A stretch of DNA of 64,000 bases from Bacteroidota bacterium (lineage in GTDB: Bacteria; Bacteroidota; Bacteroidia; Bacteroidales; UBA12481). The notes beneath the pieces were generated by a model. That model was not told the origin of the DNA. It did not search any database and was given only the letters and a program-made list of their open reading frames with translations. The position numbers and the translations under genes are program-made. Each line of letters opens with the position of its first letter. Position 1 is the stretch's first letter. This document shows positions 10,011-19,866 of the stretch, piece after piece. The stretch covers positions 6,058-70,057 of the forward strand of contig JABHCC010000032.1 of NCBI GenBank assembly GCA_018669475.1, read 5' to 3'.

Positions 10011-10467
10011 AAAAAAACAACTACTACATAATGTGTTAGTTGAGCTTCAGCAAGTTTATTTTAATGCAATTCTGTCAAATGTGAACAATCTTCTTACATA
10101 TTATTCTCTACATAACTTTAGATGCAGGTTTAGAATCAATATGTTGACCTACTAAATCTTCCATTGCACTTGTGCCCGTGTTCCACAAAGTAGAGATTTA
10201 GGAAAGAAAGGAAAAGAGATCAGTGCTCCACATCAAGCGGCTCAAGACATGGTAAAATTGATTCGGGAGGTACGCCTTCAACCCAATGTCTTCTGTTTTC
10301 TAGCTAATTCAAATTTCGCCATTTCTGACGAAATTATGAGAATACTAGACATTCTGTTTCCATCAGGCAATTTCTGCGATCTTATAAATAACTGGTATTC
10401 ACTTGCTATTGCAGCAGAAATGATTGCTTTAGAAAAACAAAATAGACTTGCTTTTAATGCAGAATGT

Positions 10468-11508
10468 CTACCATGGATTAATGGTGGGTGTTATTTTGAT
10501 ATATTCAAGTCTAGTTGTTCTGTTTTTATCCCTGCCTATGCCTGCCTCCCCAATTATACTTATGCTTAAGTAATCATTATCATCTAAATTGAAGTCATTT
10601 GAGTACACTTGACCAGAACTAGAATACCCAATATTGAAGTAGTCTCTTGCAACAATTGCATCTTTAAATACTACTTTAGTTTCATTGACAGCACCTATGA
10701 CCATTCCAAGGTTATAGGTTTCTGCATCATCGGTTCTGGTTCGAATACTGCAATAAGCTTCTACTTTAAAGGAAATCATAGAATCATTTTGTATCTGATT
10801 TTTATTGATCACTATGATTCCAGTTCCCCGATTATTTGTGCCGTCGCCTACTTCCAACATTGGAATGATCGGTTCATATCGAAATTTAAAATCTCCCTCA
10901 TTTTCTTTATACCCAAAATATTTGATGGCTGGGTCGAAATCTGGAAATGCTATTTGCTTATTATGTGGGTATGGAGCAACCCTTTTTTGTACCAATAATC
11001 CTGGGCTTAGCTTTCTGATATTGTGATTCTCATCTACACCAACGACCATTTCTGCAACCTCAACAAGAGAATTATCAGGATAGTTGATACCCTGAACTGA
11101 ACCCCTTGGTTCAAAAGGGGCTCTTTGTGTGAAATCCAAAAGAAAATGAGAGATTATGACTAATTCGATAATCTCATTTTTGTCTTGTGACGGTTCATTA
11201 TTCTTAGATACAATAATTTGATATTTGGCAATGCCCAATTGCCTGGTTAATATGGATAAGTCTGAACTTGGAGATAGCTCGATTGATTCAACAATTTCAT
11301 TTCCGGAAAGATTAACTAGTTCATAATTTGAATCATGTGATTGATTGTGATTTTTAGCTTTTTGGGGGTTCAAAGATAAATCTATAACCTCGACATGCTT
11401 TTCATTGCATATAGTTTGTACAAGGATCGTTTTTTGATCCAAATCAGTACCATTTTTGGCACACGAGAGACCAAGTAGGAGGATTAAGATAATGAAGAAT
11501 GACTTCAT
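10468..11508 (-). CDS. Hypothetical lipoprotein
   Basis: MKSFFIILILLLGLSCAKNG lipoprotein signal. The start codon is 1 nt after the sulfatase stop (taaaatg). Confidence 0.55.
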   Translation of the reverse strand: MKSFFIILILLLGLSCAKNGTDLDQKTILVQTICNEKHVEVIDLSLNPQKAKNHNQSHDSNYELVNLSGNEIVESIELSPSSDLSILTRQLGIAKYQIIVSKNNEPSQDKNEIIELVIISHFLLDFTQRAPFEPRGSVQGINYPDNSLVEVAEMVVGVDENHNIRKLSPGLLVQKRVAPYPHNKQIAFPDFDPAIKYFGYKENEGDFKFRYEPIIPMLEVGDGTNNRGTGIIVINKNQIQNDSMISFKVEAYCSIRTRTDDAETYNLGMVIGAVNETKVVFKDAIVARDYFNIGYSSSGQVYSNDFNLDDNDYLSISIIGEAGIGRDKNRTTRLEYIKITPTINPW

Positions 11509-11509
11509 T

Positions 11510-13054
11510 TTAATTGTTTTTATTATCGTACTCATCCAAAAAAATGGGATTGCCTAAAATGCTCATTGTTTCTGGATTCCAATTTGGGTTTTCAATATAG
11601 TCTTTTTGTAGTGGGACTTTTCTTGATATCATCCAATTCTCAGCTTCTTCCCTCATTTTGTCAAATATTTCTTTGTTGCTCTCAGCCACACTCGTTTCTT
11701 CCCCTACTTTTAAATCATACAAATAGGCAATGTTATATTCAAATAAGTGCATAAACTTCCATCGTTGATTATAGACTGTTATGCCAGGAACCATCTCAAA
11801 ATAATTGTTTACTCTACCGCCATGCCCAGTTGGGACATAGCTGCCTTGATACATATAAATATTTCGATCATCAAATCCTTGACGATTGTTTTCTAAAAGT
11901 AATGGCATTAGGCTCGTTCCATCTAGTTCTTGCGGTACAGATTTTATACCAGCCACATCCATCAAAGTTGGATAGATATCAAGTCCGGTAACAACAACAT
12001 CATCAATAACACCTGGTTTTATTTTCTTTGGATAATGAATAAAGAAAGGGACTCGTATCCCATTTTCAAATGGTGTACCTTTTGATCCTCGAAGTGGTGG
12101 AGCCTTTGTGATCTTATGGCCTCCATTATCAGAAGTAAAAACGATAATTGTCTTATCAAGGATCTTTTTATTTTCAAGGACAGCAACTATTCTGCCAATA
12201 CTTTCGTCAACAGCCTTTATCATCGCTCCATATGTTGGGTTATCATGCCCGTGTGCGCTTTCTCTATTGTCAAAGAAATCAATTCTTTCTTGGGTAGCTT
12301 GAAATGGAGAATGGACATTGTAGTACCAAAGGTTTAAATAAAATGGTTCTTTACGATCATATCGTTCGATGTAACTTACAACTGAATCTGTTAATTTATC
12401 AGTTAGGTATTCACCGTCCTTAACAATGAAATTATTCAAATTAAAGTAGCCAAAGTATCCTCCTTTAGGAACGCCCTGAGGTGAGCCTTGATCGCCCCCT
12501 GCAAAATTAATATCGAAACCGTAGTGTAATGGTCCCTTGATGCCGGCACCAAATTTCCCCATATGAACAGTCTGATAGCGATTAAGCTTCAACATTTTTG
12601 GAATAGTGATCAGATTCTTATCAAAAGAATCATGATTTTCCCAAGGGTAGAGTTTTATTGTTTCCCCACCAGTATCGGCTATTCTGGAAATTGTCGTTAT
12701 CAAACTATGTGCTTTGGTTCTGCTGGCATCCTGACCAGTTAAACATGCGATTCGACTTGGAGTACAGATTGGGGCGGGAGAATAACCTCGAGTAAAAACA
12801 ACACCATTATTTGCCAATTTATCTATTGCTGGAGTATGATAGAAGTTATTCTGATCATATTTGTTGGTAGCCTTACCATAATGATCATATCCTTGCATGT
12901 AATGAACATCCTTCCAGCCCAGATCATCAACATTCACAAAAATTATATTTGGTTTGTCTTCAGAAATATTTTGACTTATTAGTATCCATATTCCTATGAT
13001 GGCAGCACACGAAACTATAGCTATTAGGATCTTGAAATAATGTTTCTTGGTCAT
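11510..13054 (-). CDS. Arylsulfatase (formylglycine-dependent sulfatase family)
   Basis: Sulfatase signature C-T-P-S-R (APICTPSRIACLTGQ) and metal-binding D/N residues. Signal-anchor N-terminus. The start is taken at the internal MTKKHYF. Confidence 0.85.
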   Translation of the reverse strand: MTKKHYFKILIAIVSCAAIIGIWILISQNISEDKPNIIFVNVDDLGWKDVHYMQGYDHYGKATNKYDQNNFYHTPAIDKLANNGVVFTRGYSPAPICTPSRIACLTGQDASRTKAHSLITTISRIADTGGETIKLYPWENHDSFDKNLITIPKMLKLNRYQTVHMGKFGAGIKGPLHYGFDINFAGGDQGSPQGVPKGGYFGYFNLNNFIVKDGEYLTDKLTDSVVSYIERYDRKEPFYLNLWYYNVHSPFQATQERIDFFDNRESAHGHDNPTYGAMIKAVDESIGRIVAVLENKKILDKTIIVFTSDNGGHKITKAPPLRGSKGTPFENGIRVPFFIHYPKKIKPGVIDDVVVTGLDIYPTLMDVAGIKSVPQELDGTSLMPLLLENNRQGFDDRNIYMYQGSYVPTGHGGRVNNYFEMVPGITVYNQRWKFMHLFEYNIAYLYDLKVGEETSVAESNKEIFDKMREEAENWMISRKVPLQKDYIENPNWNPETMSILGNPIFLDEYDNKNN

Positions 13055-13403
13055 ATTCCTAATTGTGTATTTGGAAAAAAATATCAAATTTAAGATCGTA
13101 AAATACTTTGTATCTGCAAAAGTAGACAATCTTATAAAAACAGAAGCGATTGAGGTTCCTGAATTTGAATTTATTGATGTTGAGGCAGGGTTGGCACGGG
13201 TTGGAGGAAATTCTTCTCTGTTGTGGGTATGAACCCTAGCTTTCCTTTGGTATATTTGTTACTGGATGTATAAACGGAGGATCTTTGTTCGGATTTAATA
13301 CTAGTGATTAGCTTTCCAAGGTGCAAAAAATCTCACTACATGCCTCAAGGCAGAATCTGGCATAACACCCAATGAGTACAAAAAGAAACACCAAATAAAT
13401 AGT

Positions 13404-13478
13404 TAATTCTTCCTTCGCAGGTTGATGAAAAAATAATACATTTGCACTCCCAACACAACTCGGGATGTAGCTCAGCCA
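13404..13478 (+). repeat. Direct repeat copy 3 (the native tRNA-Pro promoter and 5' end); lacks the CA-rich tract
   Basis: taattcttccttcgcaggttgatg-aaaaaataatacatttgcactccc-aacacaact-cgggatgtagctcagccag. Contains a TAcaTTTG -7-like element about 16 nt upstream of the tRNA 5' end. Confidence 0.75.
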
Positions 13479-13534
13479 GGTTAGAGTACCCGTCTGGGGG
13501 GCGGGGGGCCGGAAGTTCAAATCTTCTCATCCCG
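13460..13534 (+). tRNA. tRNA-Pro: tRNA-Pro (anticodon GGG)
   Basis: Hand-folded cloverleaf: acceptor CGGGATG/CATCCCG, D-arm GCTC-AGCCAGGTTA-GAGT, anticodon stem CCCGT/GCGGG with loop CTGGGGG (U33, anticodon GGG), 5-nt variable loop, T-arm GGAAG-TTCAAAT-CTTCT, discriminator A. CCA is not encoded. Confidence 0.8.
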
Positions 13535-13547
13535 ACGGCTGAAAATG

Positions 13548-13581
13548 AAGCAGTTACTCATTAATCTGAGTAGCTGCTTTA
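13548..13581. terminator. Hairpin between tRNA-Pro (+) and the convergent hydrolase gene (-)
   Basis: agcagttactca-ttaatc-tgagtagctgct, a 12-bp stem with 1 mismatch. The flanking T-runs are weak. Confidence 0.35.
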
Positions 13582-13604
13582 TCATTTAATGCAAATTTGC
13601 AAAG

Positions 13605-15992
13605 CTATTCCAGGACATGTTTGCTCTCGACCCTAACTTTCACACCTGACACATACATACCAGCATCATCTGTACTTCTGGATTGGGATCTAAACCTTAC
13701 ATATGAAATACCGCGGAGACTGTTATTCCTGCCTGACAATTCTTCAATAAACTGATCATCAATCATAACCTTACAGACTGATTGTGATGGATCATCAACC
13801 TGAACCCAATTGAGCGTCATGGTATACCACCTGCCCTTCTCCATTTTAAATGTTGGCGTGATCTGTCCACTGGCGGGAATATCAAGAACATACATGGCTG
13901 TTTCTCTTCCCTGATTGTCAATCGGCTGAAACCACCGGTCATTCAGGGCAATATGACTGCCTTTAAAGCCCTCATTCAACAGCAGATCAATTTCTATTTG
14001 GCCATTGATTCCTGCTGGGAAATTCCAAACGGCTCCATCTCTTTGGCTAAATACAGTCGTATCAGCCGGACGTCTAATATGCAACACATTTCTATCCGGA
14101 TACTGCGGATGCCTGACCAATATTGCACCTTCTTTTCGCTCATAGTTGTGGTGATACAGCCTCTTGTAAACTGCGGGTCTGATCATGATTTTTTGTCTGC
14201 TCCAGTTCTCTAATCCCTGAGAAAAATCTTCATCTCTAGATTTTTGATAGATCCAATCGGGATCAACCAGCAAGAAGGATCGGTGTTTGGGCGCTTGTCC
14301 GACAGCAACCAGCAGATTTCCTTCCCGTGTTTCGACAATTTTTGATTCATTCAATCCTTTATCGCCTGGGTGATTAATAAACCCACCATTCCGAAGAGGA
14401 TCCAGAGCCAATTCACGAAACCCTGTCCAGCTTATACCGTCATCCTCTGAAATCGCAATATGCAAAACTTCACGACCAGTGAAATTCCATTTATCCAGCG
14501 TCACCTCAGGACGCAGGGCTTTGGCATTGTTCCAAATCAGCACAATGCGCTCATCTTTCAGCTTCTTCAAGGTGACCCAGCTATTATCACCACAATACAG
14601 ATCCGTTTTAATTGGTTCAGACCATGACGCACCCAAATCTGTGGATGTAGACTGATAGATATTGAAGTTTGAGTTTCTGATATACATGAGAATGCTTCCG
14701 TCTCTGAGCTGAACCATGGTGGGTTCAACCGCTCCGGTTTGCCAGATATTCGGAATCGTATTGGGCACATTTATTCTATCCGACACCTGCCAGGATTGAC
14801 CTTCATCATCAGAATAAAAAGTCCCACAGCCTAAAGAGCCGCCATGAAAACCACAAATAACCCTCTTCTTTTCTCCATTGTCCACCCAAATTGCATTGCC
14901 ATAAGAGATCGTATTGATTGGCGTATCATCTGGCGTATGCATTTCCTGAAATGTCCAATCTTTCCATTGATTACTCGATCGGGCCAGCATGAAACTATTG
15001 CCTCTGTCGCTATAGAAGACCAGGAATTCTCCGGTAACAGGACTAATGGTGGAGAAACACTGAGCTGGATTGCCGGGGGTGATAACTAAGGATTTTGATT
15101 CTGTCCATGATCTTCCTTCGTCACTGGTCATCTTATAAAAAACCGTATCCGTAAATCCACCGTGATCCCAGTCTCCTTTCCTAAAGACAAATACCGAATT
15201 CCCTTCATAATCGTTGACAAGCGTAGTCCCCTCGTTTGATGAAGGTTCTCCTAAATAGATTGGAGGCTGTGCTTCATTGATCCTGATTCTATTAGCAATT
15301 AATTCCGAACTTATTTTATGTCCGGCATCATTGGGATGCACCCCATCAAGTAAGAGTTCATCTCTCAACTCCAGGCTGCCGTTGCCATATGATTCAAAAG
15401 CCTTGTAGATATCTATGAGTTCAACAAGCTCTTCATTCGCTAAATCACGACAGGCTTGTGCATATTCAGCGAGCCTGACGTGTCTCCAATATTCCTTATT
15501 TGAGCCAAAAGCATTGGGTGTCATGAGAAGGACTATACTTTCTGATTCATGAAGCTTTTGAACCATATATCTCAGGTTCTCTTTGTATTTGTCGAGGGGA
15601 ATCCTGGATTCCCCTTGTTGTCCACCACCATCAATATAGGAGTCGTTTATTCCAAACTGAATAATTACAATATCCGGATCATGATCAAGAACGGCCGTCT
15701 GAAATCGATCCAGCCCATGGGCCCATTTGTGCTTATTGTTATCTGTGAGCCTTCCGGTATGGCTACCCCCTACCCCGCTGTTGATCACCCTGCATGTGAT
15801 TCCTGATCCAGCTAATAAATCCGGTAGGCGATCAGAATACACACTATCAATCGTTCTTCTCGGAGCTGTAGTAGAATTTCCAAACGCGACGATAGTTAAA
15901 CTATTCTGGTCATCTTGAGCCAGGGTAAAGTTCGAGAATATTGTATAGGCCAATAGTAGTGTCAAGAGATACCTGATTGAAAAAGCAGACAT
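13605..15992 (-). CDS. Secreted bifunctional-looking hydrolase: SGNH/GDSL esterase domain fused to a BNR-repeat sialidase-like domain
   Basis: SGNH blocks FGNSTT, GINDS and DGVHPN, followed by four Asp-box repeats (TSDEGRSW, SDDEGQSW, STDLGASW, SEDDGISW). The start is taken at MSAFSIRY, which is followed by a signal peptide; the tracked ORF begins at an upstream GTG. Confidence 0.7.
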   Translation of the reverse strand: MSAFSIRYLLTLLLAYTIFSNFTLAQDDQNSLTIVAFGNSTTAPRRTIDSVYSDRLPDLLAGSGITCRVINSGVGGSHTGRLTDNNKHKWAHGLDRFQTAVLDHDPDIVIIQFGINDSYIDGGGQQGESRIPLDKYKENLRYMVQKLHESESIVLLMTPNAFGSNKEYWRHVRLAEYAQACRDLANEELVELIDIYKAFESYGNGSLELRDELLLDGVHPNDAGHKISSELIANRIRINEAQPPIYLGEPSSNEGTTLVNDYEGNSVFVFRKGDWDHGGFTDTVFYKMTSDEGRSWTESKSLVITPGNPAQCFSTISPVTGEFLVFYSDRGNSFMLARSSNQWKDWTFQEMHTPDDTPINTISYGNAIWVDNGEKKRVICGFHGGSLGCGTFYSDDEGQSWQVSDRINVPNTIPNIWQTGAVEPTMVQLRDGSILMYIRNSNFNIYQSTSTDLGASWSEPIKTDLYCGDNSWVTLKKLKDERIVLIWNNAKALRPEVTLDKWNFTGREVLHIAISEDDGISWTGFRELALDPLRNGGFINHPGDKGLNESKIVETREGNLLVAVGQAPKHRSFLLVDPDWIYQKSRDEDFSQGLENWSRQKIMIRPAVYKRLYHHNYERKEGAILVRHPQYPDRNVLHIRRPADTTVFSQRDGAVWNFPAGINGQIEIDLLLNEGFKGSHIALNDRWFQPIDNQGRETAMYVLDIPASGQITPTFKMEKGRWYTMTLNWVQVDDPSQSVCKVMIDDQFIEELSGRNNSLRGISYVRFRSQSRSTDDAGMYVSGVKVRVESKHVLE

Positions 15993-16324
15993 TGTAGTGA
16001 CTTTAATTTGTATTACATATACAAATGTAGAATAATTATCGAGATCAGAACCAAGACCATATCTACTCACTTTTTCAAATGCAACAAGATTAAGGTTTTG
16101 TTCTCTTCCCCAGTGGCCGCCTCAATTTTGTCAGCAATCAAATCCCGAAGCGCCGGATCTATTGCTAGTCCGTTCACTTCAGTGTATCCCCCGGCACTTA
16201 CAACCAAACTCATGTCAGAATAGCATTTTTTAAAATATACAATTTCTTAATAGAATCTTACCTATCTTTGATAACCCCCATTATAAAAGACCTGATTACA
16301 ACCCAAATATCCTAAAACACAACC

Positions 16325-17497
16325 ATGCAATTTCAATTAAGCTCTCTTATTATTATCCTGATCAGCTTACTATACAGCTGCTCTACCTCACAAAGCTCCG
16401 ATAAGGAAATCGTGGAAATTAATATCACCCAGGCAGTTGATCAAGCTGTGAAACTGAATCTTAGTAAACTGGTGAAAGATGTGGAAATCATCGAGGTTGA
16501 ATCAAACATTGAATGTTTCATGGACACTCCTGCCAATCTATATTTCCTTGGCAGTAAGTATATCCTGTACCATGATTACAGGAATAATCAATTCTTCCTT
16601 TTTGACCGTAATGGAAAATTTCTGAACAAAATCGGTCAATCAGGTAAAGGTCCGGGAGAGTATAGCTTTTACCCGAAAGCTACAATGTCAAAAGATGAAT
16701 CTAAAATTATCGTGGCCGATAATCGGGCGAACAGGGTAATTGTTTTTGATACTGAAGGCAAAGTACTGGCTCAAAAAAATCTAAGCGAACACATCCAATC
16801 GGGTATGATCGATCAGATCTACTGCATGCACAATGATCAACTTATTTTGTTACCTCGTCGCCCATATAAACCCATAGATGGATTTGCCAGCCTGGTTCTG
16901 TTTGATCTGGAATTAAATAAGATCGGTGAAGTTTTACCCCGTGCAAATGATGAGAATCTAACTTATTTAAACCTGGCTCATGCTGCTGTTTTTGCAAATA
17001 AGAAGGGTACATATTTCTGGGAAATGTATCTCGATACGGTTTTCCAATTCCTGCCGGATGGATCCTCTGTTCCTAAGTTTCATTTTACAGTTGAGAAAAA
17101 TGGACTGAGTAAGCAAATGATGACCAGTCGTGAATGGAGCACGAAAATCTATGAATCAGTGTTCCCAATTTTTGTCAATTTCATTCCTGGCTATCTGCTT
17201 TCCCAAAATGGAGGCAATGCTGGCACCGTTCTGCATAATTTAAAAACCGGAGAGGCAAATCAAACTGAGATTGTAAATGACATCTATGGTATGCCGATAA
17301 GACTATTGAGATACTTTCCTTCTGGTCAGCTTTGCTTTGACACATTCGATTGGGACCGCTTTGATCAGTATAACGATATAGATGAAATCAGATCAATGAA
17401 GGTCAACAAACCCGAGCTTCGGGACAAGCTCCTTAACTATGTTGAAAATCCGGCAGATGATCAGGGACAGATTATTATCATTCTGAAAATGAAATAA
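16325..17497 (+). CDS. Lipoprotein of the Bacteroidetes 6-bladed beta-propeller (BF3164-like) family
   Basis: Lipoprotein signal LISLLYSCS and a GKGPGEYSF motif. Paralogous to 29885..31165. Confidence 0.5.
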   Translation: MQFQLSSLIIILISLLYSCSTSQSSDKEIVEINITQAVDQAVKLNLSKLVKDVEIIEVESNIECFMDTPANLYFLGSKYILYHDYRNNQFFLFDRNGKFLNKIGQSGKGPGEYSFYPKATMSKDESKIIVADNRANRVIVFDTEGKVLAQKNLSEHIQSGMIDQIYCMHNDQLILLPRRPYKPIDGFASLVLFDLELNKIGEVLPRANDENLTYLNLAHAAVFANKKGTYFWEMYLDTVFQFLPDGSSVPKFHFTVEKNGLSKQMMTSREWSTKIYESVFPIFVNFIPGYLLSQNGGNAGTVLHNLKTGEANQTEIVNDIYGMPIRLLRYFPSGQLCFDTFDWDRFDQYNDIDEIRSMKVNKPELRDKLLNYVENPADDQGQIIIILKMK

Positions 17498-17520
17498 CAA
17501 TTACTCCAATTATCAATGTA

Positions 17521-19161
17521 TCAATACATCCAGGCTTTGCTATTGCCCGGTGGGGTGTTCTTCATCACTTGTTGAGCCATCATTATTATCATTTGCTCAG
17601 TTGACATAGGCCTGAAACCATGACTACCACGGGCTCCCCAGGTGAAAGAACCTGCATAGTATGGATCTCTGGTAGACTCCAGAAATCTCTCCGTTTCATA
17701 AGCCCCAAAGTTGAGCTGGTAATTGTCTCTATCTCCACAAAACACATGCAACTTGCCCACCAAATCATGACCGATCCGCTCCCAATTCCTTTCTAAATAA
17801 TTCCGCATGTCATAATGGTCACCCCAATATTGTGCAACATCCGGATCGATAGCTCCTGTGACCTTGTTGAATAATGGCTTGAAGTAACCATCCTCACCAA
17901 GTGGACCAAAAATTGCCGACCAAATGTCTAACTGGCATCCCGATCTACCTAGGGTTCCATTGGCTAATTCATAATAATTTCTCTGTCTGGATGTTAATGA
18001 CACCATCCCGGTTGATGGTACAATAGTATTTGGAGTTGGCACTTTTCGCCATTCGTGAATTTTGTAATAAGCATTTTCATCCTTGTAGATATTAATACCT
18101 TCCACATTATTAAAATGCAATGGATCGGGTGCAAATGACCAGGTTCCACCATAAAAATCAGGATATAGAACCTGTAAGGCAAAGGAGATCCACCCCCCTG
18201 TTGAACCACCTGTCAGCACACGAGCATAGGATTCAGGAATACATCTGAATTTTTCCTCGATCAAGGGGATTAATTCCTGATGAATAGCATCTCCATATGG
18301 CCCTACAGCTGGTGAATTTACAGCATATGAATCATCAAAATATGGACAAGGATGCTGAAAGGTGATAGCAATAAAACGAGGATAATTTCTTCCTTTCCAG
18401 ATCTTATCCATACCCCTCCCTCTGCCAAACCCTAATGGTGCTCGGGTCGAGAAATGTCCATGATAATGGATACTGGGATAGTAAATATTCGGATGGGTAT
18501 CATATCCTTCAGGCAACAGAATGGTAGCACCGATATACATATCCTGTCCCCAGAATTCTGATAAAAGCTGACTTTTTATTTTTATGCGTTTAACATATTT
18601 AGTATCCTCAAGAGGTGGCAATGGAGGGATTTTATGACTTACCTCTAATTTGATCTTCTTAGTCTTCTTTGGATCAATGAATACTTTCTTAACCTCACTA
18701 TACATATTACCAGGTGATCTTTTCCAACTCTGACCTTCCCATTGATCATTATGCATCCAAACTACATGTCCGTCAGCCCTGTCGAAGCGTGTATATTTAT
18801 TGAATACAGCCTGGATAAAATAATCACCGGGTGGGATCTCATCGATGCTTTCGAGAGGTGACCCAATTTCATCTGCATCTATTACTGCCCAATCACCAGC
18901 CTCAAGCTTCTCTACATCGACACCCCAGAATGGAGTACCAGTACGACCTACCTGAAACCGGGGTTCCCGCCGATCGCTTTTTGCAATGATGACAAACATC
19001 CTACCCGTCAATGGCTCAGAACACAGAGAATCATGAATACTAACATGGAAAGCCAGCTTGGATTTGCTCCCCCTATTCTGAGAATTAGCAATTTCTGTAT
19101 TTACAGCTAAAAGCGTAATTGTTAAAGCAGAAATCAAAAATAAATATCGGGAATTCTTCAT
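17521..19161 (-). CDS. Secreted putative esterase (alpha/beta hydrolase, esterase-D/enterochelin-esterase-like)
   Basis: Signal peptide and a GxSxG nucleophile elbow (LTGGSTGGW). Confidence 0.5.
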   Translation of the reverse strand: MKNSRYLFLISALTITLLAVNTEIANSQNRGSKSKLAFHVSIHDSLCSEPLTGRMFVIIAKSDRREPRFQVGRTGTPFWGVDVEKLEAGDWAVIDADEIGSPLESIDEIPPGDYFIQAVFNKYTRFDRADGHVVWMHNDQWEGQSWKRSPGNMYSEVKKVFIDPKKTKKIKLEVSHKIPPLPPLEDTKYVKRIKIKSQLLSEFWGQDMYIGATILLPEGYDTHPNIYYPSIHYHGHFSTRAPLGFGRGRGMDKIWKGRNYPRFIAITFQHPCPYFDDSYAVNSPAVGPYGDAIHQELIPLIEEKFRCIPESYARVLTGGSTGGWISFALQVLYPDFYGGTWSFAPDPLHFNNVEGINIYKDENAYYKIHEWRKVPTPNTIVPSTGMVSLTSRQRNYYELANGTLGRSGCQLDIWSAIFGPLGEDGYFKPLFNKVTGAIDPDVAQYWGDHYDMRNYLERNWERIGHDLVGKLHVFCGDRDNYQLNFGAYETERFLESTRDPYYAGSFTWGARGSHGFRPMSTEQMIIMMAQQVMKNTPPGNSKAWMY

Positions 19162-19253
19162 GGCTAATGATTTGAGAAGGGAAAAATAGCCAATTGTTTG
19201 AGTTTGTACAATGAATGCCTACCTGTTGAGCAACATTACAAGCAATAAAAATC

Positions 19254-19532
19254 TCAGCTTACCTTAACGCCTTTCCAAAAAGCTACATAGTTTTTTATCT
19301 CAGCTGCAGCAGATTTTGGTTCTGGATAATACCAGGCTGCATCGGGGTTTTGTTTGCCGTCTACCTCAAGATTATAATAACTTGCTGTTCCTTTCCAGGG
19401 GCAAATGGTTTTTGTATTGGATGGACTTAAAAAGGTTTTATTAACACTTTCAAGAGGGAAATAGTGATTGTTCTCTACCACAATAGTATTCTTGCTGTCA
19501 GCAATAAGCTGATTATTCCAAATAGCTTTCAT
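19254..19532 (-). CDS. DUF427-family small protein
   Basis: 92 aa with the CPWKGTASYY...AWYYPEP pattern characteristic of DUF427. Confidence 0.5.
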   Translation of the reverse strand: MKAIWNNQLIADSKNTIVVENNHYFPLESVNKTFLSPSNTKTICPWKGTASYYNLEVDGKQNPDAAWYYPEPKSAAAEIKNYVAFWKGVKVS

Positions 19533-19668
19533 GTAATAAAAACAAAAGAAAGCTGATAATGTTTATCATCGGAGCACACAAATTTCAGTACAAAAAACCC
19601 ACCCTCCTCAGCCAAACTGTCCCCGCAATTCAATCTGATTTGGATGGGTATTTAAGATACGATTATTA

Positions 19669-19866
19669 ATTCTTCACAATGCGTTTTGTCATTTTAGCTC
19701 CTTCCTCATCACTTAAGACAAGGAGATACAATCCGGATTTCAAATGTCCTACATGCATTTTTTCAGAATAAGATCCTTCTTTTGTGTAGTCTCTAATCAG
19801 ATTGGCGTCGCTAACAAGCTTACCGCCCAAATCAAAGATTCTATATTCTATTACTCTTCTTTCTAC
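19669..19866 (-). pseudogene. Out-of-frame remainder of the T9SS C-terminal domain of the upstream gene (+1 frameshift relative to 19841..21505)
   Basis: The alternate minus-strand frame reads VIEYRIFDLGGKLVSDANLIRDYTKEGSYSEKMHVGHLKSGLYLLVLSDEEGAKMTKRIVKN*, the canonical distal half of a T9SS CTD. The shift lies near 19850-19868 (an A/T run). Confidence 0.6.

Noticed and set aside
10249-10569. ORF 10249..10569 (+), 106 aa
   Set aside because: It overlaps the 3' end of the convincing minus-strand lipoprotein gene and lies immediately after repeat copy 2. It is more likely non-coding island-arm sequence.
7943-13478. Possible CRISPR array or additional tRNA genes at the three repeated segments
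   Set aside because: There are only three copies. They are 1.8 and 3.6 kb apart, 200 bp long and diverged, with no short regular spacers. Copies 1 and 2 contain only the first about 19 nt of the tRNA and cannot fold into a cloverleaf.
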